From an uncultured Hymenobacter sp. (GTDB taxonomy: Bacteria; Bacteroidota; Bacteroidia; Cytophagales; Hymenobacteraceae), in contig NZ_CAXTBM010000028.1 of the NCBI RefSeq assembly GCF_964242765.1, forward strand, positions 5,999-69,998: a DNA stretch of 64,000 nt, in the 5' to 3' direction. The notes under the pieces are model-generated. The model ran no database searches. It was not told where the DNA came from and was given only the letters and a program-made list of their open reading frames with translations. Below are positions 28,299-37,129 of this stretch, one piece after another. The translations under genes and the position numbers were made by a program. Each line of letters starts with the position of its first letter. Position 1 is the stretch's first letter.

Positions 28299-30572
28299 TT
28301 AGTTTTCGAGCGGCGAGAAGCGGCGCAGACGCAGCGAGTTGGTTAGCACCGACACCGAGCTCAGCGCCATGGCGCCGGCCGCCAGCATGGGCGAGAGCAG
28401 TACGCCAAAGAAGGGATAAAGAAGCCCAGCGGCCACGGGAATGCCCAGCACGTTGTAGAGGAACGCAAAAAACAGATTCTGCCTGATGGTGCGAATCGTG
28501 TGGCGCGACAAATCAATGGCCGTCACCACCCCCTGCAAGTCCGAGCGCATGAGCGTAATGCCCGCCGCCTCCATGGCTACGTCGGTGCCCCCGCCCATCG
28601 CCAGCCCAATATCGGCCTGGGCTAGGGCTGGCGCATCGTTGATGCCGTCCCCCACCATAGCTACGGTGCGCCCTTCGGCCTGCAATTCCTTGACTTTACC
28701 GGCCTTGTCCTGGGGCAGCACCTCAGCGAAGTAGCGCTTGATGCCCACCTGACCAGCCACCTGGGCGGCGGTTTGGGGGTTGTCGCCGGTCATCATCACC
28801 ACCTCTATGCCCATGCGTTGCAGCCGCTTGATGGCCCCGGCCGACGTTTCGCGCACGGTGTCCGCTACCCCGAGCAGGCCCACGGCCTTGCCGCCTACGG
28901 CTACATATAGCACCGTTTTGGCGCCGGCCAGCAACTCCTCGGCTTGCCGGCTAATGGTAGCTGACAAGGGAATACCCGCCTCCTCGAGCAGGCGGAAGTT
29001 ACCGATAAGCACCGCCTGCCCATCAACTGTTGCCGCGGCGCCCTTTCCCTCCACGGCCCGAAAGCCGCTGGCCGAAACAACCGAGGCCTTCTGGGCCTCG
29101 GCATAGCGTACCACGGCCTCGGCCAATGGGTGCTCGGATTGCCGCTCCACCGCGGCCACCACTTGCAGCAGTTGACCGGCGTCCTGCCCCGCGGCGGGCA
29201 CGAAGTCCGTTACGGCAGGCTCGCCGCGGGTGATGGTGCCGGTTTTGTCGAGCAGCACGGTGTTCACTTGGTAGGCTTTTTCCAGGGCCTCGGCGTTGCG
29301 GATAAGCACGCCGTGCTCGGCGCCCTTGCCGGTGCTAACCATAATGGCCGTGGGCGTGGCCAGCCCCAGCGCGCAGGGGCAGGCAATGATGAGCACAGCC
29401 ACAAAGTTGACCAAGGCCAGCGGCAGCCGCGCTTCTAATGGGGCCAAATCAAACCAGAGCACAAACGTGAGGATGGCAACAACGACCACCGTGGGCACGA
29501 AGATAGCACTGACCTTGTCGGCCAGGCGCTGAATGGGGGCGCGGCTGCCTTGCGCGTCTTCCACCAGCTTCACAATCTGGGCGAGCATGGTGTCGGCGCC
29601 CACTTTGGTGACGCGGAAGCGGAAGGAACCCATTTTGTTGAGCGTAGCCCCGAACACCAAGTCGCCAACCTTTTTCTCTACGGGCAGGCTCTCGCCGGTA
29701 AGCATTGCCTCGTCCACGGCCGAGTAACCTTCTTCGATGAGGCCGTCGGTAGCTACCTTCTCGCCGGGGCGCACCACCACTAGGTCGCCTAGCTGCACCT
29801 GCTCGATGGGCACATCCACTTCCTGGCCACCGGGGCGCACCACGCGGGCGGTTTTAGCCTGCAAGCCCATCAGCGCCTTGATGGCAGCCGAGGTCTGGGT
29901 TTTGGCGCGCAGCTCCAGCACTTTGCCCAGCAGAATCAGGGCAATGATAGTCGCCGTCGTGTCGTAGTAGACTTCCGGCATCAGGCCGTGGCGCATGAAA
30001 AAGTTAGGCGCCACCGTAGCAGCCAGGCTATAAAGAAAGGCGGCCCCGGTGCCCACGGCAATGAGCGTGTCCATGTTGGCGGCGCGGTGCCGAAAGCCGT
30101 TCCAGGCCGAGGTATAAAACGCCCGGCCGCTGTAGAGCACTACCGGGAGGGCAAGCAAAAGCAGGCCGTAGTTGAGCCACTGCAGGTTTACGCGCTGCAT
30201 CAGGGCCGGCCAGAGCATAAGCATACTCAAGGGCATGATGAGCAGGGCCAGCCCCGCGGCCACCCAAAACCGGCGCTTAAGCTTCTGGTAAGCCCGGGCT
30301 TTCTGCTGGTCGATTGCAGTTTGCCGGTCGGCGGCGCTGGTATCGGGCACCCGTTCGGTAACGCCGTAGCCGGCCTTCACCACGGCTTCCTTTAGCGTGG
30401 CGGGGCTGGCCTGGGTGGTTAGATAGTCGATGGTTGCTTTCTCGGTGGCAAAGTTGACCACCGCTCGCTGCACACCGGGCGTGCGGGTCAGGGATTTCTC
30501 CACGAAGGCCGCGCACGAGGCGCAGGTCATTCCTTCAATGTCGAGGGTTTCGGTTTTCGTGACAGGTTCCAT
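28299..30572 (-). CDS. copA: Copper-translocating P1B-type ATPase
   Basis: N-terminal HMA domain ([15 protein letters not shown]), the TM6 CPC motif ([15 protein letters not shown]), DKTGTIT, and [10 protein letters not shown]. Confidence 0.95.
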   Translation of the reverse strand: MEPVTKTETLDIEGMTCASCAAFVEKSLTRTPGVQRAVVNFATEKATIDYLTTQASPATLKEAVVKAGYGVTERVPDTSAADRQTAIDQQKARAYQKLKRRFWVAAGLALLIMPLSMLMLWPALMQRVNLQWLNYGLLLLALPVVLYSGRAFYTSAWNGFRHRAANMDTLIAVGTGAAFLYSLAATVAPNFFMRHGLMPEVYYDTTATIIALILLGKVLELRAKTQTSAAIKALMGLQAKTARVVRPGGQEVDVPIEQVQLGDLVVVRPGEKVATDGLIEEGYSAVDEAMLTGESLPVEKKVGDLVFGATLNKMGSFRFRVTKVGADTMLAQIVKLVEDAQGSRAPIQRLADKVSAIFVPTVVVVAILTFVLWFDLAPLEARLPLALVNFVAVLIIACPCALGLATPTAIMVSTGKGAEHGVLIRNAEALEKAYQVNTVLLDKTGTITRGEPAVTDFVPAAGQDAGQLLQVVAAVERQSEHPLAEAVVRYAEAQKASVVSASGFRAVEGKGAAATVDGQAVLIGNFRLLEEAGIPLSATISRQAEELLAGAKTVLYVAVGGKAVGLLGVADTVRETSAGAIKRLQRMGIEVVMMTGDNPQTAAQVAGQVGIKRYFAEVLPQDKAGKVKELQAEGRTVAMVGDGINDAPALAQADIGLAMGGGTDVAMEAAGITLMRSDLQGVVTAIDLSRHTIRTIRQNLFFAFLYNVLGIPVAAGLLYPFFGVLLSPMLAAGAMALSSVSVLTNSLRLRRFSPLEN

Positions 30573-30598
30573 AGCTATAAGGGGGCGTAAATCGCAAA

Positions 30599-30632
30599 CC
30601 CAGGCCCTTGGCAGTTCCCGAAAGGGCCTGGG
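30599..30632. promoter_or_regulatory. Perfect 11-bp inverted repeat in the copA leader / divergent promoter region
   Basis: CCCAGGCCCTT (30599-30609) and AAGGGCCTGGG (30622-30632) flank a 12-nt spacer, 27-60 nt upstream of the copA ATG. Function not established. Confidence 0.35.
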
Positions 30633-30861
30633 AGCACGCTACAAAGGAACGGCTCCAACTTAACGTAGTGCGTACGAAATCCTTCCCCAAACATGCATAA
30701 TTTGTGGGGCAGATGTTGTTGAAACAGCCATAAACCGACGGCGCCTGGCAAGGAACTAGCAGCTATAAGGAGGCGTTGCATTCTTCTGGCGAGTACCTTG
30801 GAGGCCCGCCGGCACCCGCTCGCAACGCGGGGCACATTTTTGGTATCGACTGGCTCTGCTT

Positions 30862-31782
30862 ATGCCCATCCCCGTTGGCACACCCGCCCCTCTTGCTTCT
30901 AATTCCGAACGCGCCGAGCGGGGACAACAGTCTACGCTGCTGGGCATTGGGGCGAACATTGCCCTGGTTCTGGGTAAGGGAGCGGCCGGCGTACTCGGCC
31001 ATTCGTATGCCCTGATTGCCGACGCCATTGAATCGGGCACCGACATTATCAGCTCCTTTATTGTGTGGCTAGGCTTGCGTACCGCCGCCCGCGAGCCGGA
31101 CGAAAACCATCCTTACGGCCACGGCAAAGCCGAACCCCTGGCCGCGCTGGTCGTTGCGGGCGCTTTGCTGGCTGCCGCGGCCTACATTGCCTACGAGAGT
31201 ATAATGCGAATTCAGACCCCGCACCAATTGCCGGCTTCGTTCACGTTGGTGGTGCTGGCGGTGGTTATTGTTATCAAGGAAACGCTCTACCGCCGGGTGT
31301 TGCGCGTGGGCAAGGAGGTGGACAGCAGCGCGGTGAGAGCCGACGCCTGGCACCACCGGGCCGACGCTATTACGTCCTGCACGGCCTTTGTCGGCATTAG
31401 CATTGCCTTGTGGGGAGGGCCCGGTTACGAAAGTGCCGATGACTGGGCCGCTTTGGTAGCCTGCGGCTTTATCGTTTACAACGCGTACCACATCTTCCGG
31501 CCCGCTTTCGGCGAAATCATGGACGAGGCTCCGGACGGAACTTGGACCGCCGACATTCGGGCGCTGGCCCAGAGTGTGCCCGGCGTGGTAGCCACCGAAA
31601 AGTGCTTTGTACGCAAGATGGGCTTTGAGTTCTTCGCGGACCTGCACATCATTGTCGATGGCAGCATTAGCGTGCGCGAAGGCCACGTTATTGCGCACGC
31701 CGTGAAGGCCACTATCATGAAGGCCAAACCGGCTGTGTACAACGTGCTGGTTCACGTCGAGCCGCAAGACGAATACGCCTAA
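30862..31782 (+). CDS. Cation diffusion facilitator (CDF) family metal efflux transporter
   Basis: ...NIALVLGKGAAGVLGHSYALIADAIESGTDIISSFIVWLGLR...PDENHPYGHGKAEPLAALV...AWHHRADAITS are CDF TM2/TM5 metal-site motifs, followed by a C-terminal cytoplasmic domain. Confidence 0.9.
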   Translation: MPIPVGTPAPLASNSERAERGQQSTLLGIGANIALVLGKGAAGVLGHSYALIADAIESGTDIISSFIVWLGLRTAAREPDENHPYGHGKAEPLAALVVAGALLAAAAYIAYESIMRIQTPHQLPASFTLVVLAVVIVIKETLYRRVLRVGKEVDSSAVRADAWHHRADAITSCTAFVGISIALWGGPGYESADDWAALVACGFIVYNAYHIFRPAFGEIMDEAPDGTWTADIRALAQSVPGVVATEKCFVRKMGFEFFADLHIIVDGSISVREGHVIAHAVKATIMKAKPAVYNVLVHVEPQDEYA

Positions 31783-32031
31783 GTGGCTTGCGCTCCACCC
31801 AGCCCACTTATATAATTGGGGTTTCCATTTGCATAATTTTGCCGTAGCCAAGAAGAGCGAGAGAGGCTCTTGTTGTCGAAACACCCGCCAACACTGCGGT
31901 TAGCCAGGTTTTATCGTTGCCGCAACTAGGCAGCCACCGCGGCCGGAACTCTTATGCCGAAATAACAGTAGAGAATCAGTCGTGCACTTTCTGCGCAGAA
32001 GCCTAGTTTTGCAATTACGTTAACGCCTGTC

Positions 32032-32514
32032 ATGTTCCGTAGCCTGTTCCCTTTCCGACGCCTGCTGGCGACGAGCTTCCTGCTCGTCTTCGTCAACGTG
32101 TTTGTGGGGCAATGCTGGTGCGCAACCATCAATCCGGCACTGGCTGCTCCCGCGCCGGTAGCCCAGGCTGCCGCCTTGAAAAAGCCGACGCATGCCGGCT
32201 GCCATGGCATGGCTACGGTCGAGCAGGAGCCCAGGAAGGCCCAACACGCGCACGGCACGCCCGACTCCAAGTCGTCGGGCAAGCACGACTGCTGCAAAGA
32301 CAACTCGGCCGCCATTCTTAAGTCGCTCGCGACGCCCGGCGAAAAGCACCTGCTAACGTCCGCGCCCGCCCTGCTGCCGGCCAGCAACGACTTCTTTTTC
32401 CGGCCGGCTGCCGGCCAGTGGGACCGCACCCACGCCGTGGTTCTGGTGCTCCGCGAGCACCTGCCGCCCAAAATTCCCGACATCCGGATTTTCATTCAGT
32501 CCCTGACGGTCTGA
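32032..32514 (+). CDS. Hypothetical exported Cys/His-containing protein (160 aa); no family recognised
   Basis: N-terminal hydrophobic segment LLATSFLLVFVNVFVG, an A/P-rich linker, then ...KKPTHAGCHGMATV...HAHGTPDSKSSGKHDCCKDNS.... It is followed by its own terminator-like hairpin. Antisense ORFs were rejected. Confidence 0.6.
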   Translation: MFRSLFPFRRLLATSFLLVFVNVFVGQCWCATINPALAAPAPVAQAAALKKPTHAGCHGMATVEQEPRKAQHAHGTPDSKSSGKHDCCKDNSAAILKSLATPGEKHLLTSAPALLPASNDFFFRPAAGQWDRTHAVVLVLREHLPPKIPDIRIFIQSLTV

Positions 32515-32529
32515 TTAATTTGACGCGCC

Positions 32530-32580
32530 GAAGGCTCGCCCCGGCATAGCTGTGCTATGTCCGGGGTGGGCCTTCGCTTT
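32530..32580 (+). terminator. Rho-independent terminator-like hairpin after the 160-aa gene
   Basis: GAAGGCtCgCCCCGG-CATAGC-tgt-GCTATG-t-CCGGGGtgGGCCTTC is a long imperfect hairpin followed by gCTTTTg. Confidence 0.55.
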
Positions 32581-32842
32581 TGCGTGTGCGGCGGGCGCCT
32601 AAGTGCGTCCACTCCCTTTTTCTTCTTGGTTTACTGGCCTGCCAAGGAAGTGTTCTTGCCAAGAAGCGGGCGCCCTCACCCTTCCAAGGTTTGGTTTGCC
32701 GCTTGGTTTTCCTAGCTGCTCTACACCGTGGCAACCGTCGTGCTGGGCTTCGTGCTCTGGCAGCAATTGGCGGGCCCAATCCTGCGTCCGAGTCCTGTGG
32801 GCAGCTTTTCCAGCGCTCCTGTTCAACCCTCATTCTCTCTTT

Positions 32843-33790
32843 ATGTACCGCTTACCACTTTCCCTGTTGGCCCTAGCCGGCCTGCTCACTGTTACCAGTT
32901 GCTCGTCTGATTCCAATTCGAGCAGCGCCACCAACACCGTCAGCACGCCCACCAACGGCCCGGCCGAAGGCACGGCTGACCACAGCGGCGGCCACACCTA
33001 CGCCTGCCCCATGCACCCCGAAGTTACCAGCACCAAGGAAGGGGAAAAGTGCCCCAAGTGCGGCATGACCCTGGAGCATAACGACAAGGTGGCCAACGGC
33101 AAAACCTACGAAATGAAGTTCGTGCCGACTCCCACGGAACTCACCGCCGGCCAGCCCGCTACGCTGGCTTTCACGCCCCGCCAAACCGGCAACGAGGCGG
33201 CCCCCGTGCCCCTGGCCGTGGTGCACGAGAAAAAAATTCACCTTATCGTCGTTAGCAAGGACCTCTCGCAGTTCTACCACGAGCACCCCGAGTACACGGC
33301 CGACGGCGACTACAAGGTGCAGTACACCTTCCCCAAGGGCGGCGACTACGTGCTGTTCCAGGACTACACACCCGCGGGCTCCAGCCACCAGTTGGGCCGC
33401 CAGCCGCTCACGGTGAAGGGCCCGGCTTACGCGCCCGTCAAGTTCAAGAACGACGACATGCAGTGGAATAAGAACGGCTACCAGGCCACGCTCTCCTTCG
33501 ATAAGCCGCTGACCGTGGGTCAGTTGCTGGGCATGAAAATCAACATCACCAAAGGCGGCCAACCGGTAACCGACCTCGACAACTATCTCGGCGCCCTGGG
33601 CCACGTGGTCGTCATCAGCGAAGACACCGAGCAATACCTGCACGTGCACCCCAACGACCAAACCGACAAAGGCCCTGCCATTGGCTTCAACACCAACTTC
33701 GAAAAGCCCGGCCTCTACCGCGTTTTTCTGCAATTCAACCACGGTGGCCAGATTCATACCGGTGATTTCACCATCAACGTGAAAGCCTAG
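32843..33790 (+). CDS. Lipoprotein with an N-terminal heavy-metal-binding domain (HMBD) and two tandem Ig-like repeats
   Basis: Start MYRLPLSLLALAGLLTVTSC (lipobox; ATG 32843). YACPMHPEVTSTKEGEKCPKCGMTL is the HMBD motif. Two paralogous modules each carry H.(I/V)VV(S/I).D..Q(F/Y).H.HP. Confidence 0.85.
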   Translation: MYRLPLSLLALAGLLTVTSCSSDSNSSSATNTVSTPTNGPAEGTADHSGGHTYACPMHPEVTSTKEGEKCPKCGMTLEHNDKVANGKTYEMKFVPTPTELTAGQPATLAFTPRQTGNEAAPVPLAVVHEKKIHLIVVSKDLSQFYHEHPEYTADGDYKVQYTFPKGGDYVLFQDYTPAGSSHQLGRQPLTVKGPAYAPVKFKNDDMQWNKNGYQATLSFDKPLTVGQLLGMKINITKGGQPVTDLDNYLGALGHVVVISEDTEQYLHVHPNDQTDKGPAIGFNTNFEKPGLYRVFLQFNHGGQIHTGDFTINVKA

Positions 33791-33827
33791 CCCGGCGCCG
33801 CTCGTTTTTCATTGCAACCTAGATTCC

Positions 33828-34054
33828 ATGAAATCCCAGTTCTTTTCCTCGCTGTCCGCTGCTGGTTAGCAACTGCAACCAAGCCGCCGATGCGTCGGCC
33901 CCCACGACGGAAAGGTGCCGCCGGCGACATGGCCGGCATGGACCACTCGGCTATGAGGCTTTGAGAAACTGGACGCGGCCAAAGCGAAGGCAGTGTTAAC
34001 AACAAGCCCGGCAACTACCCGAAGTGTGGTATGGCCCTGATGAAAAAGTCCTAA
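33828..34054 (+). pseudogene. Decayed remnant of a small HMBD/Met-His-rich metal-binding lipoprotein gene
   Basis: The pieces lie in three frames: MKSQFFSSLSAAG* ; LLVSNCNQAADASAPTTE ; KGAAGDMAGMDHSAMRL*ETGRGQSEGSVNNKPGNYPKCGMALMKKS*. The HMBD motif is degraded (Y where the first Cys of CPxCGM should be) and there is an in-frame TGA. Confidence 0.45.
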
Positions 34055-34149
34055 GCAGACCTTCCGGGTGCGTTGCCCCTTCCGCTTCCGCCCGGAGTGC
34101 CTGCTACTGCAACCGCGAGCCGCTTACCGGCGGGTTTAACCTGATTGTA

Positions 34150-35385
34150 ATGAAGTACCTAGTGATAAATGCCCTTCTTGGATGGCTGCTGGCTCTGCTG
34201 GCCGGTGCTGGTCCGGCTTGGGCGCAAACGGCCGTCGTTGGCCTCGACAGCGCCGAAGCCCAGAGTTTGCGCCGCCACCCGCGGCTGCGGCAGTCCGAGC
34301 GGGAAATTGCCGAGCAGCGGGCCCTCAAGCGCAGCAGCTTTGCACCAGCCAACCCGGATTTTCTGTTTTCGGCCCCCACGGGCGAGAGGTGGGCGCCGGG
34401 CGTAGTGCAAACCATCGACCTGCCGAACGTGTACCGGCGGCAACGCCAAGCAGCCGAGGCCGGCATCACCCTGGCTGAGCGCAACCGGGCGGTCAGCCGG
34501 GCCTCGGTGCTGCGCGACGCCCGCCTGGCTTACCTTTCCCTGCAATTTGCCGAGGCCCAGGTGCGGCAGCTCACTTACCAAGACAGTCTGTTTCGGGCGT
34601 TGCGCCTAGCCACCGAGCGGCTGTTTGCGGCCGGGGAGGTGACGTCTCTGCAACGCATCAGCACCGACGCCGAAGCCCGGCAAGTTACCGTGCAGCTTCA
34701 GCAGGCCACCGAAGACCAGCGCGCGGCGCAGCGGCGCCTGGGTTTGCTGCTGGGCCGGCCCACCGAAGCACTGGCCACCAGCACCGACTTGCGCCGCAGC
34801 GGCCCGGAATTGGCCCAGGCCGGCACGGCGCTGCTGGGCGGTTTGCCGGCCGAAGACAGCAGCGCCCTGGTGCGCAGCCCCACCCTGGCAGCAGCCACCC
34901 AGAACGTGGCGCTGAGCCAATCGGGTATTAGCCTGGTCCGGGCCCGGCGCACGCCGGCCCTGACGGTGGGGTACCAGAACCAGGCCTTTGAAAACTCAAC
35001 TGTCCGGTACCGCTTCCAGTTCGGCGTGTCGGTGCCCATCTGGTTCTGGACCTACCGCGCCCAGTTGCAGGCGGCCACGGCCCGCAGCCAGGCGGCCGGC
35101 TACCAGCTGCAAGTCCAGCGCCTGGAGCTAAGCACTCTCTACCAGCAGGCGCTGGCCGACACGCGCAAGTTTTCGGCTTCGCTGGGCTATTATGAGCAGA
35201 CTGGCGTGCCGCAGTCGCGGACCATCATCAGCCAGTCGCAGCGCCTGTTCCAAGCCGGCGAAATCAGCTACCTGGTCTTGCTTCAAAGCCTGAACCAAGC
35301 CTTTACCATTCAGAATACCTACCTGACCACTATCCGCGACTACCGTCAGGCCCTGGTCGAACTTAACTACCTGCGCGGTGAATAA
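34150..35385 (+). CDS. TolC-family outer-membrane factor of the HME-RND efflux system (CzcC/CusC-like)
   Basis: Start MKYLVINALLGWLLALLAGAGPAWAQ (signal peptide; ATG 34150), followed by two OEP-type coiled-coil repeats. Confidence 0.9.
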   Translation: MKYLVINALLGWLLALLAGAGPAWAQTAVVGLDSAEAQSLRRHPRLRQSEREIAEQRALKRSSFAPANPDFLFSAPTGERWAPGVVQTIDLPNVYRRQRQAAEAGITLAERNRAVSRASVLRDARLAYLSLQFAEAQVRQLTYQDSLFRALRLATERLFAAGEVTSLQRISTDAEARQVTVQLQQATEDQRAAQRRLGLLLGRPTEALATSTDLRRSGPELAQAGTALLGGLPAEDSSALVRSPTLAAATQNVALSQSGISLVRARRTPALTVGYQNQAFENSTVRYRFQFGVSVPIWFWTYRAQLQAATARSQAAGYQLQVQRLELSTLYQQALADTRKFSASLGYYEQTGVPQSRTIISQSQRLFQAGEISYLVLLQSLNQAFTIQNTYLTTIRDYRQALVELNYLRGE

Positions 35386-35386
35386 G

Positions 35387-35998
35387 ATGAAACAACTCCT
35401 GATTTTGCTGCTGAGCCTGCTCCTGAGCGGAGCGGCCCACGCCCACGGGGGCGAAGACCACGGTGATGGGGCCAAGGCTTCCACCCCAGCCGGCGCGACC
35501 TCCTTCTCTGTGGCCGCCCTATCAGAACAGTTCGAGGTGCTGCTGCGCTACGAGCCGCTGGCAGGCGGCGAGCCCGCCGACCTGCGGCTATTCCTCTCGG
35601 ACTACGCTACCAACGCCCCCATCAAAGGCGCCAAGCTGACGTTGACCAACCCCGAAGATGCGCAGCTGAAGTGGGCGGTGACGGAACAGGAGCCCGGCAT
35701 TTACTTGGTAGAAGGAGAATTTCCGGCTAATAAGCCCTACAGCTTCGCCCTCAACATCGTGGCCGGCGACCGGGCCGATTTGATGCTGCTCGAAGGTATT
35801 AAGGTGGGCGAGAAACTGCCCGGGGCGGCAACACCCACTGCCGGAGCCCCCTCACTTTTCTTTTCCTGGAAAATCATTCTGGCCCTGGCCGGAGCCTTTG
35901 TGCTCGGCATTGCCCTGACGGTCTTGCTCATGCGTCGGCGGCGCGTTGCCGCCCTGGTCTCCACTTCAACTTCTGCCGTCTATGAAAACCACGCATAA
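35387..35998 (+). CDS. Uncharacterised exported, C-terminally membrane-anchored protein encoded inside the HME-RND operon (203 aa)
   Basis: The ATG is 1 nt after the OMF stop, and the 3' end overlaps the adaptor start by 17 nt. Signal peptide MKQLLILLLSLLLSGAAHA, then HGGEDHGDGAKAST, a beta-rich middle, a C-terminal TM helix WKIILALAGAFVLGIALTVLLM, and RRRR. Confidence 0.75.
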   Translation: MKQLLILLLSLLLSGAAHAHGGEDHGDGAKASTPAGATSFSVAALSEQFEVLLRYEPLAGGEPADLRLFLSDYATNAPIKGAKLTLTNPEDAQLKWAVTEQEPGIYLVEGEFPANKPYSFALNIVAGDRADLMLLEGIKVGEKLPGAATPTAGAPSLFFSWKIILALAGAFVLGIALTVLLMRRRRVAALVSTSTSAVYENHA

Positions 35999-37127
35999 AT
36001 TCCTTGCGGCCACGGCCGCCGCTGGCCTGATACTGACGGTGCTGCTCCCGCCCCCCGTTGCCGTGCTCGGCCACGACGGCGAAGACCACGGCGGCGAAGC
36101 CAAAGCCAGCACCGGCGTGGCCCTGACCGACGAAGTATTGCTGCCCAAGGAAAGCCAGTTTCTCTTCGAGGTGCGCACCAACCTGGCCTCTTACTCCACG
36201 ACTTATAGCCGGGCTACGCTCTACGGCACCGTATCGGCCGCCGCCGGGGGCGAAGGGCGCCTCGTGGTGCCGCAAACCGGCCGCATCGTGCGCCTCGCGG
36301 CGCAGGTGGGCCAGCGGGTACGCGCCGGGCAGACGCTGGCCGTCATCGAGCAAACCCTGGATGCCACCCAACAAATTGGGCTGAGCACCGAGCGGGCCAA
36401 CGCGCAGGCCGAGCTGCGGGCTGCCCAGCAGGACTACGCCCGCCTGCAAAGCATTGCCGACATCGCCGCCCGCAAGGATGTGGTGGCCGCCGAGCTGCGT
36501 TTGCGCCAGGCCCGGCAAAATGCCAGCATCTACAACGGGCAGGCCCAGCAGCGCCGCGTGAGCGTCACCTCGCCGGTGAGCGGCACCGTGGATGTGTTCA
36601 ATCTGGCCGTGGGTCAGCAGGTCAACCAGGGCGACGAGCTTTTTCGCGTCATTAACCCCGGCAAGCTGCGGGTGGAAGCCCAGGTGTTTGCCCAGGATCT
36701 GGCCAAGGTCACACCCGGCGCGCAGTTTCGGGTGGAAGGCCTGCAAGGACAGCCCGGCGCCCCGGCCCGGCTGGTGGTGTTTAGCAACGTGGTCAACCCC
36801 GTCAACCAGGCCCGCCAGCTGATTCTGGAGCTGGATGCTAGCCAGGGCAGCGCCTACCGCGCCGGCCAGGCGGTGAACGTGCAGGTGATAAGCCAAAGCG
36901 GCAATGGCCAGAAGCAACTGGTAGTGCCCACTTCGGCCGTAACCGACCTCAACGGCAAGCCGGTGGTGTTTGTGCACACCGAGCCGGAGCGCTTCAAGAT
37001 TCGCTACGTGCAGCCCGGCGCCGCCAGTGGCGAGCAAACCGTGCTGGTGCAGGGACAGGTCAATGAAAACGACCGGGTCGTAACCGCTGGCACCTACCAG
37101 CTTAAGTCTATTTACCTCAATCAATAG
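35982..37127 (+). CDS. Efflux RND periplasmic adaptor subunit (CusB/CzcB-like membrane fusion protein)
   Basis: Start MKTTHKFLAATAAAGLILTVLL (ATG 35982), then HDGEDHGGEAKAST, then lipoyl/barrel-sandwich motifs (...GRIVRLAAQVGQRVRAGQTLAVIE..., ...VSGTVDVFNLAVGQQVNQGDELFRV...). Confidence 0.9.
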   Translation: MKTTHKFLAATAAAGLILTVLLPPPVAVLGHDGEDHGGEAKASTGVALTDEVLLPKESQFLFEVRTNLASYSTTYSRATLYGTVSAAAGGEGRLVVPQTGRIVRLAAQVGQRVRAGQTLAVIEQTLDATQQIGLSTERANAQAELRAAQQDYARLQSIADIAARKDVVAAELRLRQARQNASIYNGQAQQRRVSVTSPVSGTVDVFNLAVGQQVNQGDELFRVINPGKLRVEAQVFAQDLAKVTPGAQFRVEGLQGQPGAPARLVVFSNVVNPVNQARQLILELDASQGSAYRAGQAVNVQVISQSGNGQKQLVVPTSAVTDLNGKPVVFVHTEPERFKIRYVQPGAASGEQTVLVQGQVNENDRVVTAGTYQLKSIYLNQ

Positions 37128-37129
37128 GG

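Noticed and set aside
31069-31884. 271-aa minus-strand ORF overlapping the CDF transporter gene
   Set aside because: The plus frame has canonical CDF motifs. The minus frame is low-complexity and R/G/H-rich.
32873-33757. 294-aa minus-strand ORF antisense to the HMBD lipoprotein gene
   Set aside because: This is the same antisense-frame artefact (V/G/A/R-rich, no start context). The plus frame carries a lipobox, the HMBD motif and an internal duplication.
35928-37124. 398-aa minus-strand ORF antisense to the RND adaptor gene
   Set aside because: Its composition is dominated by G/A/R/H/L, as expected for the reverse frame of a GC-rich gene, and I saw no recognisable motifs. The plus-strand product has clear membrane-fusion-protein motifs and operon context.
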